Assembly (NCBI GenBank): GCA_038243585.1
Contig: JBBSQY010000008.1
Coordinates: forward strand, 30,896-94,895
Length of the DNA: 64,000 nt
Reading direction: 5' to 3'
Source: Candidatus Sumerlaeales bacterium
Lineage (GTDB): Bacteria > Sumerlaeota > Sumerlaeia > Sumerlaeales > Sumerlaeaceae
Below, in pieces: positions 30,281 through 39,946 of the stretch. The stretch's first letter is position 1, and each line of letters begins with the position of its first letter. Both the position numbers and the translations under genes were made by a program. The notes under the pieces are model-generated. The model worked only from the letters and a program-made list of their open reading frames with translations, was not told the origin of the DNA and made no database searches.

Positions 30281-30424
30281 GTATAGGTTTTTGTGGCGGA
30301 AACCCTTATGGGATGGTGCTGAGCGAGCTGTTTTGCGTTTGCAGAGGTTTTTCGGCGGATTTGCTTGTGGGGCTTGGGTGAGCGGGGCTTTTCTTGTGCG
30401 TTTTGCAATTTTTATTTTTGTGGC
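30281..30424. repeat. ~145-bp G/T-skewed dispersed element, copy A
   Basis: Colinear with 56699-56842: gtataggtt..ggcgga..cc..tatggg..gctgag..tgcgttt..gaggttttt..gtggg..gcgtttt..tttttatttt. Confidence 0.7.
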
Positions 30425-30444
30425 AGTTTTGCGTTAGAACGGGT

Positions 30445-30696
30445 TCACGGATTTATTTCGGCCTCCGCCGCTGATAACGCTGAGGTTAGGGGGCAATTCT
30501 TCTGTTTTCCAGAAGTTATATTTTTGACGGCTTCTGCGACTGAGGCGGCTGGAGTTACCTGCCTGCTTTTTCCATTGTTCCTATTTTTTCCTCCGCGATT
30601 TTCCCGGGCAGCGGACAAGGCGAGATTGCCGACGATGAGAGAGGCGCGCAAAGGGAAGACCTTACGGGCGGTCATTAGGTTATGGTTGTGTTTCAT
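30445..30696 (-). CDS. Possible small basic hypothetical protein
   Basis: 83-aa ORF with GGAG 8 nt upstream of ATG; no recognisable domain. Confidence 0.25.
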   Translation of the reverse strand: MKHNHNLMTARKVFPLRASLIVGNLALSAARENRGGKNRNNGKSRQVTPAASVAEAVKNITSGKQKNCPLTSALSAAEAEINP

Positions 30697-31052
30697 CAGT
30701 ACTTCTCCGGCAGAGTATGGTTTACCAAGAGAAATATAAGCAGGAGGAAACGGGGCAGGCTATTCCCGTACGGGTATCTCTGGATACGTATGGGTATCTA
30801 AAATGCAATGCAACCGCGGCGGGGCCCGACGATTTTACGACACAGCGCCTCCCGTCGTTCCGGCACAATAACGTGCGCCTGAATGAACGCGCGGAAGCTA
30901 TAAGCTAATAAAGACCTGAAGATGTACCAGTTAAATGGCTTTGACCGCACTACCGTCGACGCGCACCAATGCGGCGGTGGCTTTGTTGCAAATGCCCACG
31001 ACCTTAAGTTCAACGTTGACTGAAGTGGTGCTAGGCCCCCTTTTGCAAAGTC

Positions 31053-34000
31053 ATGAGTCATACGATATCACGCGAACCAATCACAGTCCTAAGTAGCATC
31101 ATTGATAATCTGGGCGATAACACACTTCGCAAAGCCCTGGAACAAATTAGCGAACATGGCCGCGAACTGTGGATTGCCACTGCGTTCTTCTCGTTAGATG
31201 CACTGAATATGATTGGTGAACACCTAGAACGGGCGGATCATGTGCGAATCCTGTTTGGCGATGACGCTTGTGCTCGTGATCGCAACGCCCTGTTAAATGC
31301 GATGCGCTACCGATCAGACGATGATCTCGAGAAGCAACGAGCCTCTGATCCGACACTTGCCGGCCTCAAATACGTTCAACAGATGATCACAGATGGCAAA
31401 CTCCAGGCCCGTGTTTACACTCAGGAAAAGTTTCATGCGAAACTATACATTTCGCACCGCACCGGTTTCCCGCCAATCAGCGGTATAGTCGGTAGTGGCA
31501 ATTTTACGCGATCCGGGTTAACCCAGAACATTGAGCTGAATGTACACCTCACCCCAGACCAGACCGCACAGTTGGTCGACTGGTACAACCGGCGATGGGA
31601 AGAAGCCGTACAGGATGACATTACCCTTGTCCTCCGCGACGAGATCGAGCGACAGATTAAGCTATACGCCCCTTACGCTATTTACGTGAAAGCTCTCCTG
31701 ACTTGGGGCGACTTCATACAGGGGCGAGAAGCCCCAAAGGAAATCTCAATCCTGCCGTTACTCGATCCTCACCAGGAGCACGCGTATCGTCAGGTGCTTC
31801 GGATTCTCCAGCGCGAGCCTGGCGCCATGCTATGTGACGGCGTGGGTCTTGGAAAATCTTTCGTCGCTCTTGCTCTAATGGAGCACTGGCTGTCTGAGGG
31901 CTCAAGAGTACTGCTTGTTGCGCCCAAAGCCATTTTGAAAAGCTCATGGGAAGGCTATCTTTACCGCTATCTGCGGAAGTACAGCCGCGGGTACGCCAAC
32001 GTCGTGGCGCAACCCATGACATGGTTTGGTTTTGATCCGGAAACGAATGAATCCGAGCAGGAAACCCTGGAAGAGTATGCCAAACAGGCGGACGTTATTA
32101 TCATTGACGAAAGTCACAACTTCCGCACTTCGTCCAGTCAACGATACAAAAATCTGTACGAGATTGTCGCCCCCAATGAGCGAGGGCGAAAAAAGATTGT
32201 TCTGCTCTCCGCAACCCCCATAAATACCCGCTACGAAGACCTGACAAACCAGCTGCAGCTACTCACCCATGATGATGGCAGAATCAGCGGCATTGCCCGG
32301 CTTCAGCTAAACCGCGAAGCGCGCCTGCGTGACAAGGATATGTCAGAGAAAGATGAAGAGGTCGCACAGGAAGACCTTTTCGACCTTAATAGAATTGCGT
32401 CTGACCACAACCTTTTGGCGGCCGCTTTAGAGTCGGTAGTAGTTCAGCGATCAAGAAAAACCTGCCGCGAGCTGGCCACTGCTGCTGGAAAGCGCCTGCG
32501 ATTCCCTTCCCGTAACAAGCCGCAGGAAGTCCGTTATGAGCTCAACTATGCGAACAACGAGCTTATTGAAAATGCCACCCACCGCTTTCGTGAATTAGGG
32601 GCCTACCTGGCCGCATACCGCGATGCCGTCAGGAAAGCCGCAGATAAAGACGCTCCCATCCAGCTTCCACGAAAGAAGCCGACCGAAGGTCTGAAGTTCA
32701 GCGGATACCTGCCCAATATCTTCCTGAAGGACCGCCCAACGTCGAAACGCGAATACCAGGTGGAAGCTTTTCTCGCAGGCATGATGTTTACAAACGTCAT
32801 GAAACAACTGGAAAGCTCCGCTCCCGCGTTTCGTTCCATCATATTATCTCTGGGTAATGGCTTGGCCCTGCGCCTGCGGCACTTTTGTGGTGATGATATC
32901 AAAGTCAAGGAAGCGCTCGAACTTCACGCGTCCTGGCTGCAATTACCCGAAAATCCGGTTTCTGATAAAGAAGAACGGGACAACGGGGATGAAGCCGAAG
33001 ATGGAGTGGCCGATGAAGCAAGTGGCGGCGAAACAGACGATTACGTCTGCCGTGAAGAGCGCCGGGCGATAAAGCGGTTAAAGGATCTCGGATTCAGCGC
33101 AGAAACCCACAACATCCCTCGCTGGCGAGACGACATCTTAAATGACCTGAACCACCTCAAGGCCATTTACCAGTCCTGTCAGGACGCGATGGCGGCGACA
33201 GATACCAAACTGGAAGCAGTAACAACCGTCATTCGCCGCGAACGCGCCGCAGGACGCAAAGTGCTTGTATTTACCCAGAGCCGCATAACAGCCGATTACG
33301 TGCAGAAAGAGCTGCAGCAACGACTAAGCGAACCCGTTGCGATGGTCAACTCCACAGTCGGAGGCGAAACGCGCGCTGGCATTCTGCACAGCTTTTCCCC
33401 ACGCTACAATGACCCTCCTGCCCACCGACGAAAAGCAGACCCTTCCGACCTTCGCGAAGTGCACGTTCTCGTGTCGACAGACGTGCTGGCTGAAGGCGTA
33501 AACCTGCAGGAGGCCGGCTGCATCATCAGCTATGACATTCACTGGAATCCGACCCGCCTGATCCAGAGAATTGGCCGTGTAGACCGGCGCTTGCGCGAAG
33601 AAGATCCTGATCACAGTTTTGATATTTATAACGTATTTCCTCCCCCGGCCATTGATGACATCATCGGGCTCGTCCAGGTAGTTGAAAGTCGTACTCGCCG
33701 CATTGACAAACTGCTGGGGATAGATGTCTCATTCTTTAAATCCACCGATGAAGATGGCACCCTGAAGGAGTTTAACAAACTTTACGAAGGCGAAAGCAGC
33801 GCCCGCGACGAACAGCTAAAACGTTATGTGTCGCAGGTTCATCTGGATGAGTCTCAGATCGCCTTGGCGGACCAGCTGCCCCTCGGCGCTCTTGGCGTAT
33901 GGGATCATGCTCCAATCAACGGCCTGTTTGCGCTGTTTACTGTCACATGGCGTAAACCTGCGGGTGCTGGTCGGCATTGGCTGCCAGAACACTCAGTTCC

Positions 34001-34268
34001 AGACGTTGATCAAAAACTCTTCGGTTCCATCATAGGCACTCCAAAACTATTTGTCTTGGAAAACAATTCAGTCAAAAGTGAAGCTCCCGCTATACTGGAA
34101 ATGCTTTCCGGCGCTGAACCCACAGAAAAAAGCGGATTGCCCACGGATATCAACCAACTCCAGAAGAATCTTAAAAAGCTTCGCGAGCACGCCCTTGCCG
34201 CTATTCCCGATCGCACCCGAAACATCACCGTTGAACTACTCTGCTGGATGGAACTGAAAAAACAATGA
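31053..34268 (+). CDS. PLD (HKD) nuclease fused to SNF2-type SF2 helicase
   Basis: FHAKLY...GSGNFT..GL..NIELN; CDGVGLGKS, DESH, LLSATP, STDVLAEGVNLQ, QRIGRVDR. Confidence 0.92.
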   Translation: MSHTISREPITVLSSIIDNLGDNTLRKALEQISEHGRELWIATAFFSLDALNMIGEHLERADHVRILFGDDACARDRNALLNAMRYRSDDDLEKQRASDPTLAGLKYVQQMITDGKLQARVYTQEKFHAKLYISHRTGFPPISGIVGSGNFTRSGLTQNIELNVHLTPDQTAQLVDWYNRRWEEAVQDDITLVLRDEIERQIKLYAPYAIYVKALLTWGDFIQGREAPKEISILPLLDPHQEHAYRQVLRILQREPGAMLCDGVGLGKSFVALALMEHWLSEGSRVLLVAPKAILKSSWEGYLYRYLRKYSRGYANVVAQPMTWFGFDPETNESEQETLEEYAKQADVIIIDESHNFRTSSSQRYKNLYEIVAPNERGRKKIVLLSATPINTRYEDLTNQLQLLTHDDGRISGIARLQLNREARLRDKDMSEKDEEVAQEDLFDLNRIASDHNLLAAALESVVVQRSRKTCRELATAAGKRLRFPSRNKPQEVRYELNYANNELIENATHRFRELGAYLAAYRDAVRKAADKDAPIQLPRKKPTEGLKFSGYLPNIFLKDRPTSKREYQVEAFLAGMMFTNVMKQLESSAPAFRSIILSLGNGLALRLRHFCGDDIKVKEALELHASWLQLPENPVSDKEERDNGDEAEDGVADEASGGETDDYVCREERRAIKRLKDLGFSAETHNIPRWRDDILNDLNHLKAIYQSCQDAMAATDTKLEAVTTVIRRERAAGRKVLVFTQSRITADYVQKELQQRLSEPVAMVNSTVGGETRAGILHSFSPRYNDPPAHRRKADPSDLREVHVLVSTDVLAEGVNLQEAGCIISYDIHWNPTRLIQRIGRVDRRLREEDPDHSFDIYNVFPPPAIDDIIGLVQVVESRTRRIDKLLGIDVSFFKSTDEDGTLKEFNKLYEGESSARDEQLKRYVSQVHLDESQIALADQLPLGALGVWDHAPINGLFALFTVTWRKPAGAGRHWLPEHSVPDVDQKLFGSIIGTPKLFVLENNSVKSEAPAILEMLSGAEPTEKSGLPTDINQLQKNLKKLREHALAAIPDRTRNITVELLCWMELKKQ

Positions 34269-37200
34269 CGACAAAGCATCTTGTGGAAAACATCATAGAT
34301 CGCGACACCCTTGTCGCCCTGCTTGGCACACCAGAACATTCCGGGGGCCTTGCCTGGCCAGTCGACCCCGAAGCCCCCTTCACCCACGAACCGGAAATCG
34401 CCCACGGTATTAAAGGTAACTCCGCAGTAGCTGTTCACCGCCTGATCCCTGCCTCCGCCGATGACAAACACCTAGTCATCCTCGCAGAATTCGAACAGCC
34501 TTACGTCCGCCGCGATCTGCGCGAGCTGCTGGCGTCCCTTCGCCGCCACATGCGTGAAACAGCCCGATTTCCAGACCACTCAGGCATCGGCGATACCATC
34601 TTCATCGTTGCCGCGCCAGCCTACTCTGATATACGCTTCGTTCTTTTCGAAGAGCGCGAAGGCCGCCAGCCCCGCATTCGCTCCTTCGGCTGGAGTCATG
34701 ACAACATTGGCCGTACAGTCCTCACCCATAATCTTGACCGCCTCACCTGGAGCCGCCGCGACAACTGGGCACCGGCCTGGGACGTCGAAGGCCTTACCGA
34801 AGAATTTTATAAAGAGTTCGTCGAGGTCTTCAACGCCGTCAAGGGTGCCACGACCCACCCCAATGGCGCAGCCGCCGCCCATGCTTACGTCCAGCAGCTT
34901 CTCAATCGCCTGCTCTTTATCTCATTCATAGAGCGCATGGGCTGGCTGATCATCACCGACCCCACCACCGGCAAGCCCACCAGCGATTACCTTCATGCCT
35001 TGTGGACGCGGCATAATCAGGACCCTCCCCCTGCCTATCGTACAGGACTCGCAGAAAACCGCCTTTCCTTTAACGCCCTCCTTGGCCTTCTCTTCTTTCA
35101 GGGACTAAACAAACCTGACGGCATCACCCCGCGCCATAACCTTTATGACCTGCTCGGCGACGTGCCCTATCTAAACGGTGGACTTTTTGAAGAGGAAAAG
35201 GACCTCGACGTCCCCGGCGTCACTATCGATGATGCCATCTTTGACTTGGTCTTTGACCGCGGCGGCTTGTTTCGCCGGTTCAACTTCACCGTCACAGAAT
35301 CCACACCCCTCGATCAGGAAGTCGCCGTCGACCCCGAGATGTTGGGCAAGATCTTTGAGCGCATCATCATCGCCGAAGAACGCCATCAGAGCGGCACCTA
35401 TTACACCCCCCGCCCCATCGTGGAGTTCATGGTGAACGAGGCTCTGAGAGGGTACCTCACCGAGCGCGGCCTGCCAGCAGAAAAAGCAGCCATGCTCATC
35501 GACCAGGACCAGGTGGAATCAGACGCCCTCAGCTTCAAGCCCTCAGAAATGCAGCAGGCTCTCGACTGGCTGTTCGAAGTCCGGGCTGTGGACCCCGCCT
35601 GCGGTTCCGGCGCTTACCTGCTTATGCTGCTGCAGCGGTTGTTCGAACTGGTAGACCGCCTGGAGATCGTCCAAAACAAAACCCGCAACCCCGACCAGCA
35701 GCACCTCTATGACATCAAGCTCCGCCTGCTCCAGCGCTGCGTCTATGGTGTGGATTTGAGCGAAGTCGCCGTGCGCATTGCAAAGCTGCGCCTGTGGCTG
35801 TCCCTCGTCGTGGAGAACCGCGGAGAAAAGCCGGACCCGCTGCCACATTTTGATTTCCTGATAATGCATGGAGACTCCCTGGCCTCACCTATCAAAACTC
35901 ATCTGCAGAATGAACTCTGGTATCCTGAAGCTGCCGTGATTGAGTACGTGAAATTCCGACAGCGATATTTTCATCCCGGAACAACCGGAAAAGTCGGCAA
36001 GTCCGAAGTTGAATCACGCCGCGCAATCATTGCAGAGGCTTTCGAAGACGATCTGACAGCATCGCCTCTTCGACGTATGTCTAGAAAACCTTTTGATTGG
36101 CTTGTGGATTTTGCCGAGATTTTCAACCCATCGCTCACAAACGAAAACTCCGGGCGATCTGGAGGCTTCGATATCGTTCTCGCGAACCCGCCCTACGTCA
36201 GCTCCGGCGAACTGAAACGCAGTGTCGGTGAGGACTATAAAAAGGCGCTGGTAGCCGCCTATAAAAGTACTGGGTCCGGCAACGCTGATCTGCTGATCTT
36301 CTTTTTCGAGCGAGCCATGCAGCTCCTGCGGCCCAGGGGACAGCTCGCCTTTATCACCAGCAACAAATGGTTGAAAGCCACCTATGGGAAAAAGCTGTGC
36401 CAGCACCTGGTGCGCGGCGCCCGAGTGCGCGATTTGATCGACTTCCGTGATTTGCCTGTCTTCCAGAATGTTATCGCTTATCCGTTGGTGACTCTTGCCG
36501 AAAAGCGCGGTGCACCTATCCAGGGAAATGACCCGCCCCAGGAAGTGACCCGGATGACCAGTGTGCCCTCGCTGGCTGCGCCGTGGCCGGATATGGATGA
36601 GCTGGTCACAACTATTGGTAAGCCGCTGCCGCCTGGCTCCCTTGGTATCGACGGCCACTGGCACCTGGAGACTGGAGAAGCCGCGGCGCAGGTCGCTGCT
36701 ATGCGAACGCGGGGAATTCCCCTGGGCGAATACGTCAAAGGGCGCATCAATCGCGGTGTGTTAACTGGACTTAACGAAGTGAAGTTTGGCGATGATGGGA
36801 AGGTGTATGGCAAGAAGGTTCCCAAAGGCGTCAACGTGGTACGCAAAGAGGGCGTGTTTGTCATCAACGGCGCAAAACGGGCAGAGTTGATTGCGGAGGA
36901 CCCCAGAAGCGCGGAGATTATCAAGCCGCTGGTGACTGGCAAAAACATCCAAAGATATGTGCTGGAACCGACAGACCGCTTCTTAATATTTATGCGCAGA
37001 GGAATGGATATTGAAAAATACCCTGCTATTAAGAAGCACCTAGTTCAATACAAGTTGAAGCTTGAACCTAAACCGAAAGCCTTGAAGAAATCCGATGAAT
37101 GGATAGGAAGAAAAGCGGGAAATTATAAGTGGTATGAAATTCAGGATGAGGTTGCTTACTGGCGTGAGTTCCAAAAACCCAAAATTACGTTCCTGAAAAT

Positions 37201-38197
37201 CCAGGTTGCGAATCGATTTGCCTATGAGGAAGCAGGCCTCTGCTGTAACGATGCGACCTTTATCATAACCCTTAAAGATTTTTACCTCCTTGGAGTCCTT
37301 AACGCAGCCTGTTTTTGGCGAGAGATTGAAGCCACATGCCCACGTGTGCAGAACGGTCGACAATTGCTGTGGGCCCAATTTAAGAATGCAGTGATTCCGA
37401 ACGCGTCGGAAGGTGAGTGCAAAGCCATAGCAGAACTTGCGCAACAAATTTGGAAGAGCAAATTAGAGAAACCGGACGTGGATGTTTCTCATTTGCAAGC
37501 TAAGGTTGATTCTCTCGTGGATCGACTCTATACCGGCAATGGAGTACATAACCAGAGCAGTAACAAAGTTATATCCGATGTTACACCTAGGATTAAATCT
37601 GCCGATGAAGAGAATGGGACAGCTTTCTCCATCTTCTCCGCTGACGAGGTAGCCCCCCGCCCTTTTGAGGGAGGTCCGGTTTCGGCGCCGGACATTGTTT
37701 CGGAGATTGAACGTAGGCGCACCATTGACGACGTCTCGCAGGAAGAGAGCCTGGCGAAAATCCGGAAGGTGTTTGCCGATGCGGGCACCCGGGCCGGAGC
37801 CGAGAGGGGGCTGGCCATGAAAACCATCAGCCAGGAGCTGGGCTTTGGCCGCCTGGGCAGCAACATCCGCGAGGAACTGGAAAGCAACCTGCGCACCGCC
37901 GTCCGCCGCCGCATCATCGAACGGGTAGACAGCGACGGCACCTACCGCCTGGCCACCCGCAGCATTGGAGATTACCTGCTCGACCCGCCAGACTCCTACA
38001 CAGACCTTCGCCGCTTTCTATGCGCCGCCATCGGCCGCACCTGGACAGATGAAGCCGAAGCCATCCGCAAAACCGCCCGCTACCTGGGCTTCGCCCGCAC
38101 AGGTGAAGGTATCTCCAAAGTATTAAGTGGCGCTGTCAAAAGCGCGCAAATCAGAGGCCAAGTGGAATTTGCTGATGGGAACATTCGCGCTGTTTAA
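34265..38197 (+). CDS. Type IIG/Eco57I-like N6-adenine DNA methyltransferase with TRD and C-terminal tandem LGFxRxG domain
   Basis: PYLNGGLF, DPEMLGKIFE, GTYYTPR, VDPACGSGAYL (motif I), FDIVLANPPY (motif IV), TaqI_C-like YKWYEIQD..PKI; ATGA overlap with helicase. Confidence 0.92.
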   Translation: MTTKHLVENIIDRDTLVALLGTPEHSGGLAWPVDPEAPFTHEPEIAHGIKGNSAVAVHRLIPASADDKHLVILAEFEQPYVRRDLRELLASLRRHMRETARFPDHSGIGDTIFIVAAPAYSDIRFVLFEEREGRQPRIRSFGWSHDNIGRTVLTHNLDRLTWSRRDNWAPAWDVEGLTEEFYKEFVEVFNAVKGATTHPNGAAAAHAYVQQLLNRLLFISFIERMGWLIITDPTTGKPTSDYLHALWTRHNQDPPPAYRTGLAENRLSFNALLGLLFFQGLNKPDGITPRHNLYDLLGDVPYLNGGLFEEEKDLDVPGVTIDDAIFDLVFDRGGLFRRFNFTVTESTPLDQEVAVDPEMLGKIFERIIIAEERHQSGTYYTPRPIVEFMVNEALRGYLTERGLPAEKAAMLIDQDQVESDALSFKPSEMQQALDWLFEVRAVDPACGSGAYLLMLLQRLFELVDRLEIVQNKTRNPDQQHLYDIKLRLLQRCVYGVDLSEVAVRIAKLRLWLSLVVENRGEKPDPLPHFDFLIMHGDSLASPIKTHLQNELWYPEAAVIEYVKFRQRYFHPGTTGKVGKSEVESRRAIIAEAFEDDLTASPLRRMSRKPFDWLVDFAEIFNPSLTNENSGRSGGFDIVLANPPYVSSGELKRSVGEDYKKALVAAYKSTGSGNADLLIFFFERAMQLLRPRGQLAFITSNKWLKATYGKKLCQHLVRGARVRDLIDFRDLPVFQNVIAYPLVTLAEKRGAPIQGNDPPQEVTRMTSVPSLAAPWPDMDELVTTIGKPLPPGSLGIDGHWHLETGEAAAQVAAMRTRGIPLGEYVKGRINRGVLTGLNEVKFGDDGKVYGKKVPKGVNVVRKEGVFVINGAKRAELIAEDPRSAEIIKPLVTGKNIQRYVLEPTDRFLIFMRRGMDIEKYPAIKKHLVQYKLKLEPKPKALKKSDEWIGRKAGNYKWYEIQDEVAYWREFQKPKITFLKIQVANRFAYEEAGLCCNDATFIITLKDFYLLGVLNAACFWREIEATCPRVQNGRQLLWAQFKNAVIPNASEGECKAIAELAQQIWKSKLEKPDVDVSHLQAKVDSLVDRLYTGNGVHNQSSNKVISDVTPRIKSADEENGTAFSIFSADEVAPRPFEGGPVSAPDIVSEIERRRTIDDVSQEESLAKIRKVFADAGTRAGAERGLAMKTISQELGFGRLGSNIREELESNLRTAVRRRIIERVDSDGTYRLATRSIGDYLLDPPDSYTDLRRFLCAAIGRTWTDEAEAIRKTARYLGFARTGEGISKVLSGAVKSAQIRGQVEFADGNIRAV

Positions 38198-38240
38198 TTA
38201 AAGAAGTCAGTAGGCAAGGCATGCCCAGGCCTCTTAAGAT

Positions 38241-38771
38241 TTAGGGCTTCGCCTTTTTCTTGAGCGTCGGGGTTGATGCGGGCTTCGATGCTTTGGTGGT
38301 TTTTCTCTTAGATGGAGTCTGCTTTGTCGATGTTGCGGTCTTCTCTTCTTCAAGCATTGCCATCACTAGAGCGGCCATGTCGACCGTAGGTAGGATTACG
38401 GAGTTTCTGAATGCACCAGAGACACCGGCAAGCAGCCCACGGGCAAGGCCGTACAGGATGCTTGAACCAGTAATAAGAACAACCTCTTTTCGTTTCTCCT
38501 CCGGCACACCTGGGTCAAACGCAAAACGGCCCTCCATAACCAGTTTTACCTTGGGGAGCGTTTCTTCTGTATCCTCTTCGTCCGCAATCTCGGGGTGCGC
38601 TTCTAAACCGAAGATGAGCTGGTAGCTCAGTGGGTCCTCCGGGTGATTTGCCACTGACCAGGATAGGTTCATTCCACTCGATTCAACTGCTTCTGGCGAA
38701 TTGCCATCTGCTGTATCGATGTGCAGCGATGTAACGCGGAATCCTTCAAGCTGTATTGAAGCCATACTCAC
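38241..38771 (-). CDS. SecB-like chaperone (TAC chaperone)
   Basis: IQLEGFRVTSLHI, KLVMEGRFAF, SILYGLARGLL..VSG, VILPTVDM; overlaps the antitoxin stop. Confidence 0.82.
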   Translation of the reverse strand: MSMASIQLEGFRVTSLHIDTADGNSPEAVESSGMNLSWSVANHPEDPLSYQLIFGLEAHPEIADEEDTEETLPKVKLVMEGRFAFDPGVPEEKRKEVVLITGSSILYGLARGLLAGVSGAFRNSVILPTVDMAALVMAMLEEEKTATSTKQTPSKRKTTKASKPASTPTLKKKAKP

Positions 38772-39313
38772 ACGCCCTGCTCTACAGTCTGGGTGCGAAT
38801 TAGTCGGTGTTCAGTGCGCTCAAGCTTTAGATTACGATTGCATGCCGAAGTTGAGAACTTCGTGTTCCAAAATTCGGAGCCACTAAAGCTGTGGTTGGAA
38901 TGAAGCTGAGTAAGCAGGTGCATTTCTGTTGCCTGCGCGGGTCTGGTCTTTTCTCGCACAGAAGACTGCTGTCCGAATCGCAGGCTTACCGGTGCTTCAA
39001 GAGCTACGGCAAGCTTCGCTATAGTGCGCAGTTCGATATTCCCCTTCTCCGCCATGATTGCCGCAATGCGTTGTTTTGTAAGCCCAGTGAGCCTGGCCAG
39101 CGCGGAATCATTTTTGATCCCACGCTTTTTCATTTCTGCTCGCAACTGAGCTACAAACTCAGCCCGCAAACGGTTTGTGACGTAGCTGTCATCAACCGTA
39201 AATTTTGTTGCTTCGGCTGCCGCTGCTTCCTGTGCCTTTATAGCCGACAGGATAACAGCGACGGAAAGTTTAGGTGATTCCTGGTCTTTATCTTTTAAAT
39301 TGTCGTTTTTCAT
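38768..39313 (-). CDS. Xre/HigA-like HTH antitoxin with C-terminal extension
   Basis: MKKRGIKNDSALARLTGLTKQRIAAIM..NIELRTIAKLAVAL HTH followed by a ~68-aa polar tail. Confidence 0.82.
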   Translation of the reverse strand: MKNDNLKDKDQESPKLSVAVILSAIKAQEAAAAEATKFTVDDSYVTNRLRAEFVAQLRAEMKKRGIKNDSALARLTGLTKQRIAAIMAEKGNIELRTIAKLAVALEAPVSLRFGQQSSVREKTRPAQATEMHLLTQLHSNHSFSGSEFWNTKFSTSACNRNLKLERTEHRLIRTQTVEQGV

Positions 39314-39314
39314 A

Positions 39315-39857
39315 CTAGGCGTCTTTCTTGATCAAATAGAGATCGGGCCGGGACTTAGCAGTCCTGTATAATTCCATGCGGGCTGTTGCCGCACTTATAG
39401 CCTTGTTTTGTTGTTTTCTCTCATCCGCCCTCGTTTGGCCATGCTTCTGGTAGTGGCCCGCGAGGATAATCAACTGGTCATCGTCTAAAAAAGCGAACAA
39501 CCGAAGGCGCTTACCCGGATCTTTAATCTCAATTATCTCTGGATCTTGCTTGGTCCGCTCAATTCGGTTTGGGGCTTCCCCATCCAAGCCCGATGCCAGT
39601 ATATCCAGGCTGTTCAACAGGCTACGGAAGTCTGCTTTTTGATGAGACCAACGGGCAATCGTGTCCATTGTCCCCACGTTATCCTTTATTTCGCTTATAC
39701 TCGTCACTTCGGCGGGATATATTGCCATAACGCGGACCTCGTGCACCACAGGTCCTGTTTTGGCACTTCTCTCGAACGCCTCCACTCTCGAAAGCCTGAT
39801 AATTTTGTCAATAGTACCGTTGACGTATTCAGGCGAATCAAGTTTATTCTTTTTCAT
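39315..39857 (-). CDS. RelE/HigB (Gp49-like) toxin
   Basis: IIEIK...LRLFAF...IILAGHYQK....AI.AA..R; toxin-first order; N-terminal extension and start uncertain. Confidence 0.78.
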   Translation of the reverse strand: MKKNKLDSPEYVNGTIDKIIRLSRVEAFERSAKTGPVVHEVRVMAIYPAEVTSISEIKDNVGTMDTIARWSHQKADFRSLLNSLDILASGLDGEAPNRIERTKQDPEIIEIKDPGKRLRLFAFLDDDQLIILAGHYQKHGQTRADERKQQNKAISAATARMELYRTAKSRPDLYLIKKDA

Positions 39858-39946
39858 TGGCGAGAGGTCTACAGAGATGAGTTTGCGCGGAATTCATGGA
39901 TAGATAATCTGCGTGTTGAGGATCAGCTTGCAATCTGTTTTTATTG

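Noticed and set aside
31053..38197. Calling the helicase-MTase pair DISARM or BREX
   Set aside because: No DrmA/DrmB (DUF1998), PglZ or BrxC genes in the window.
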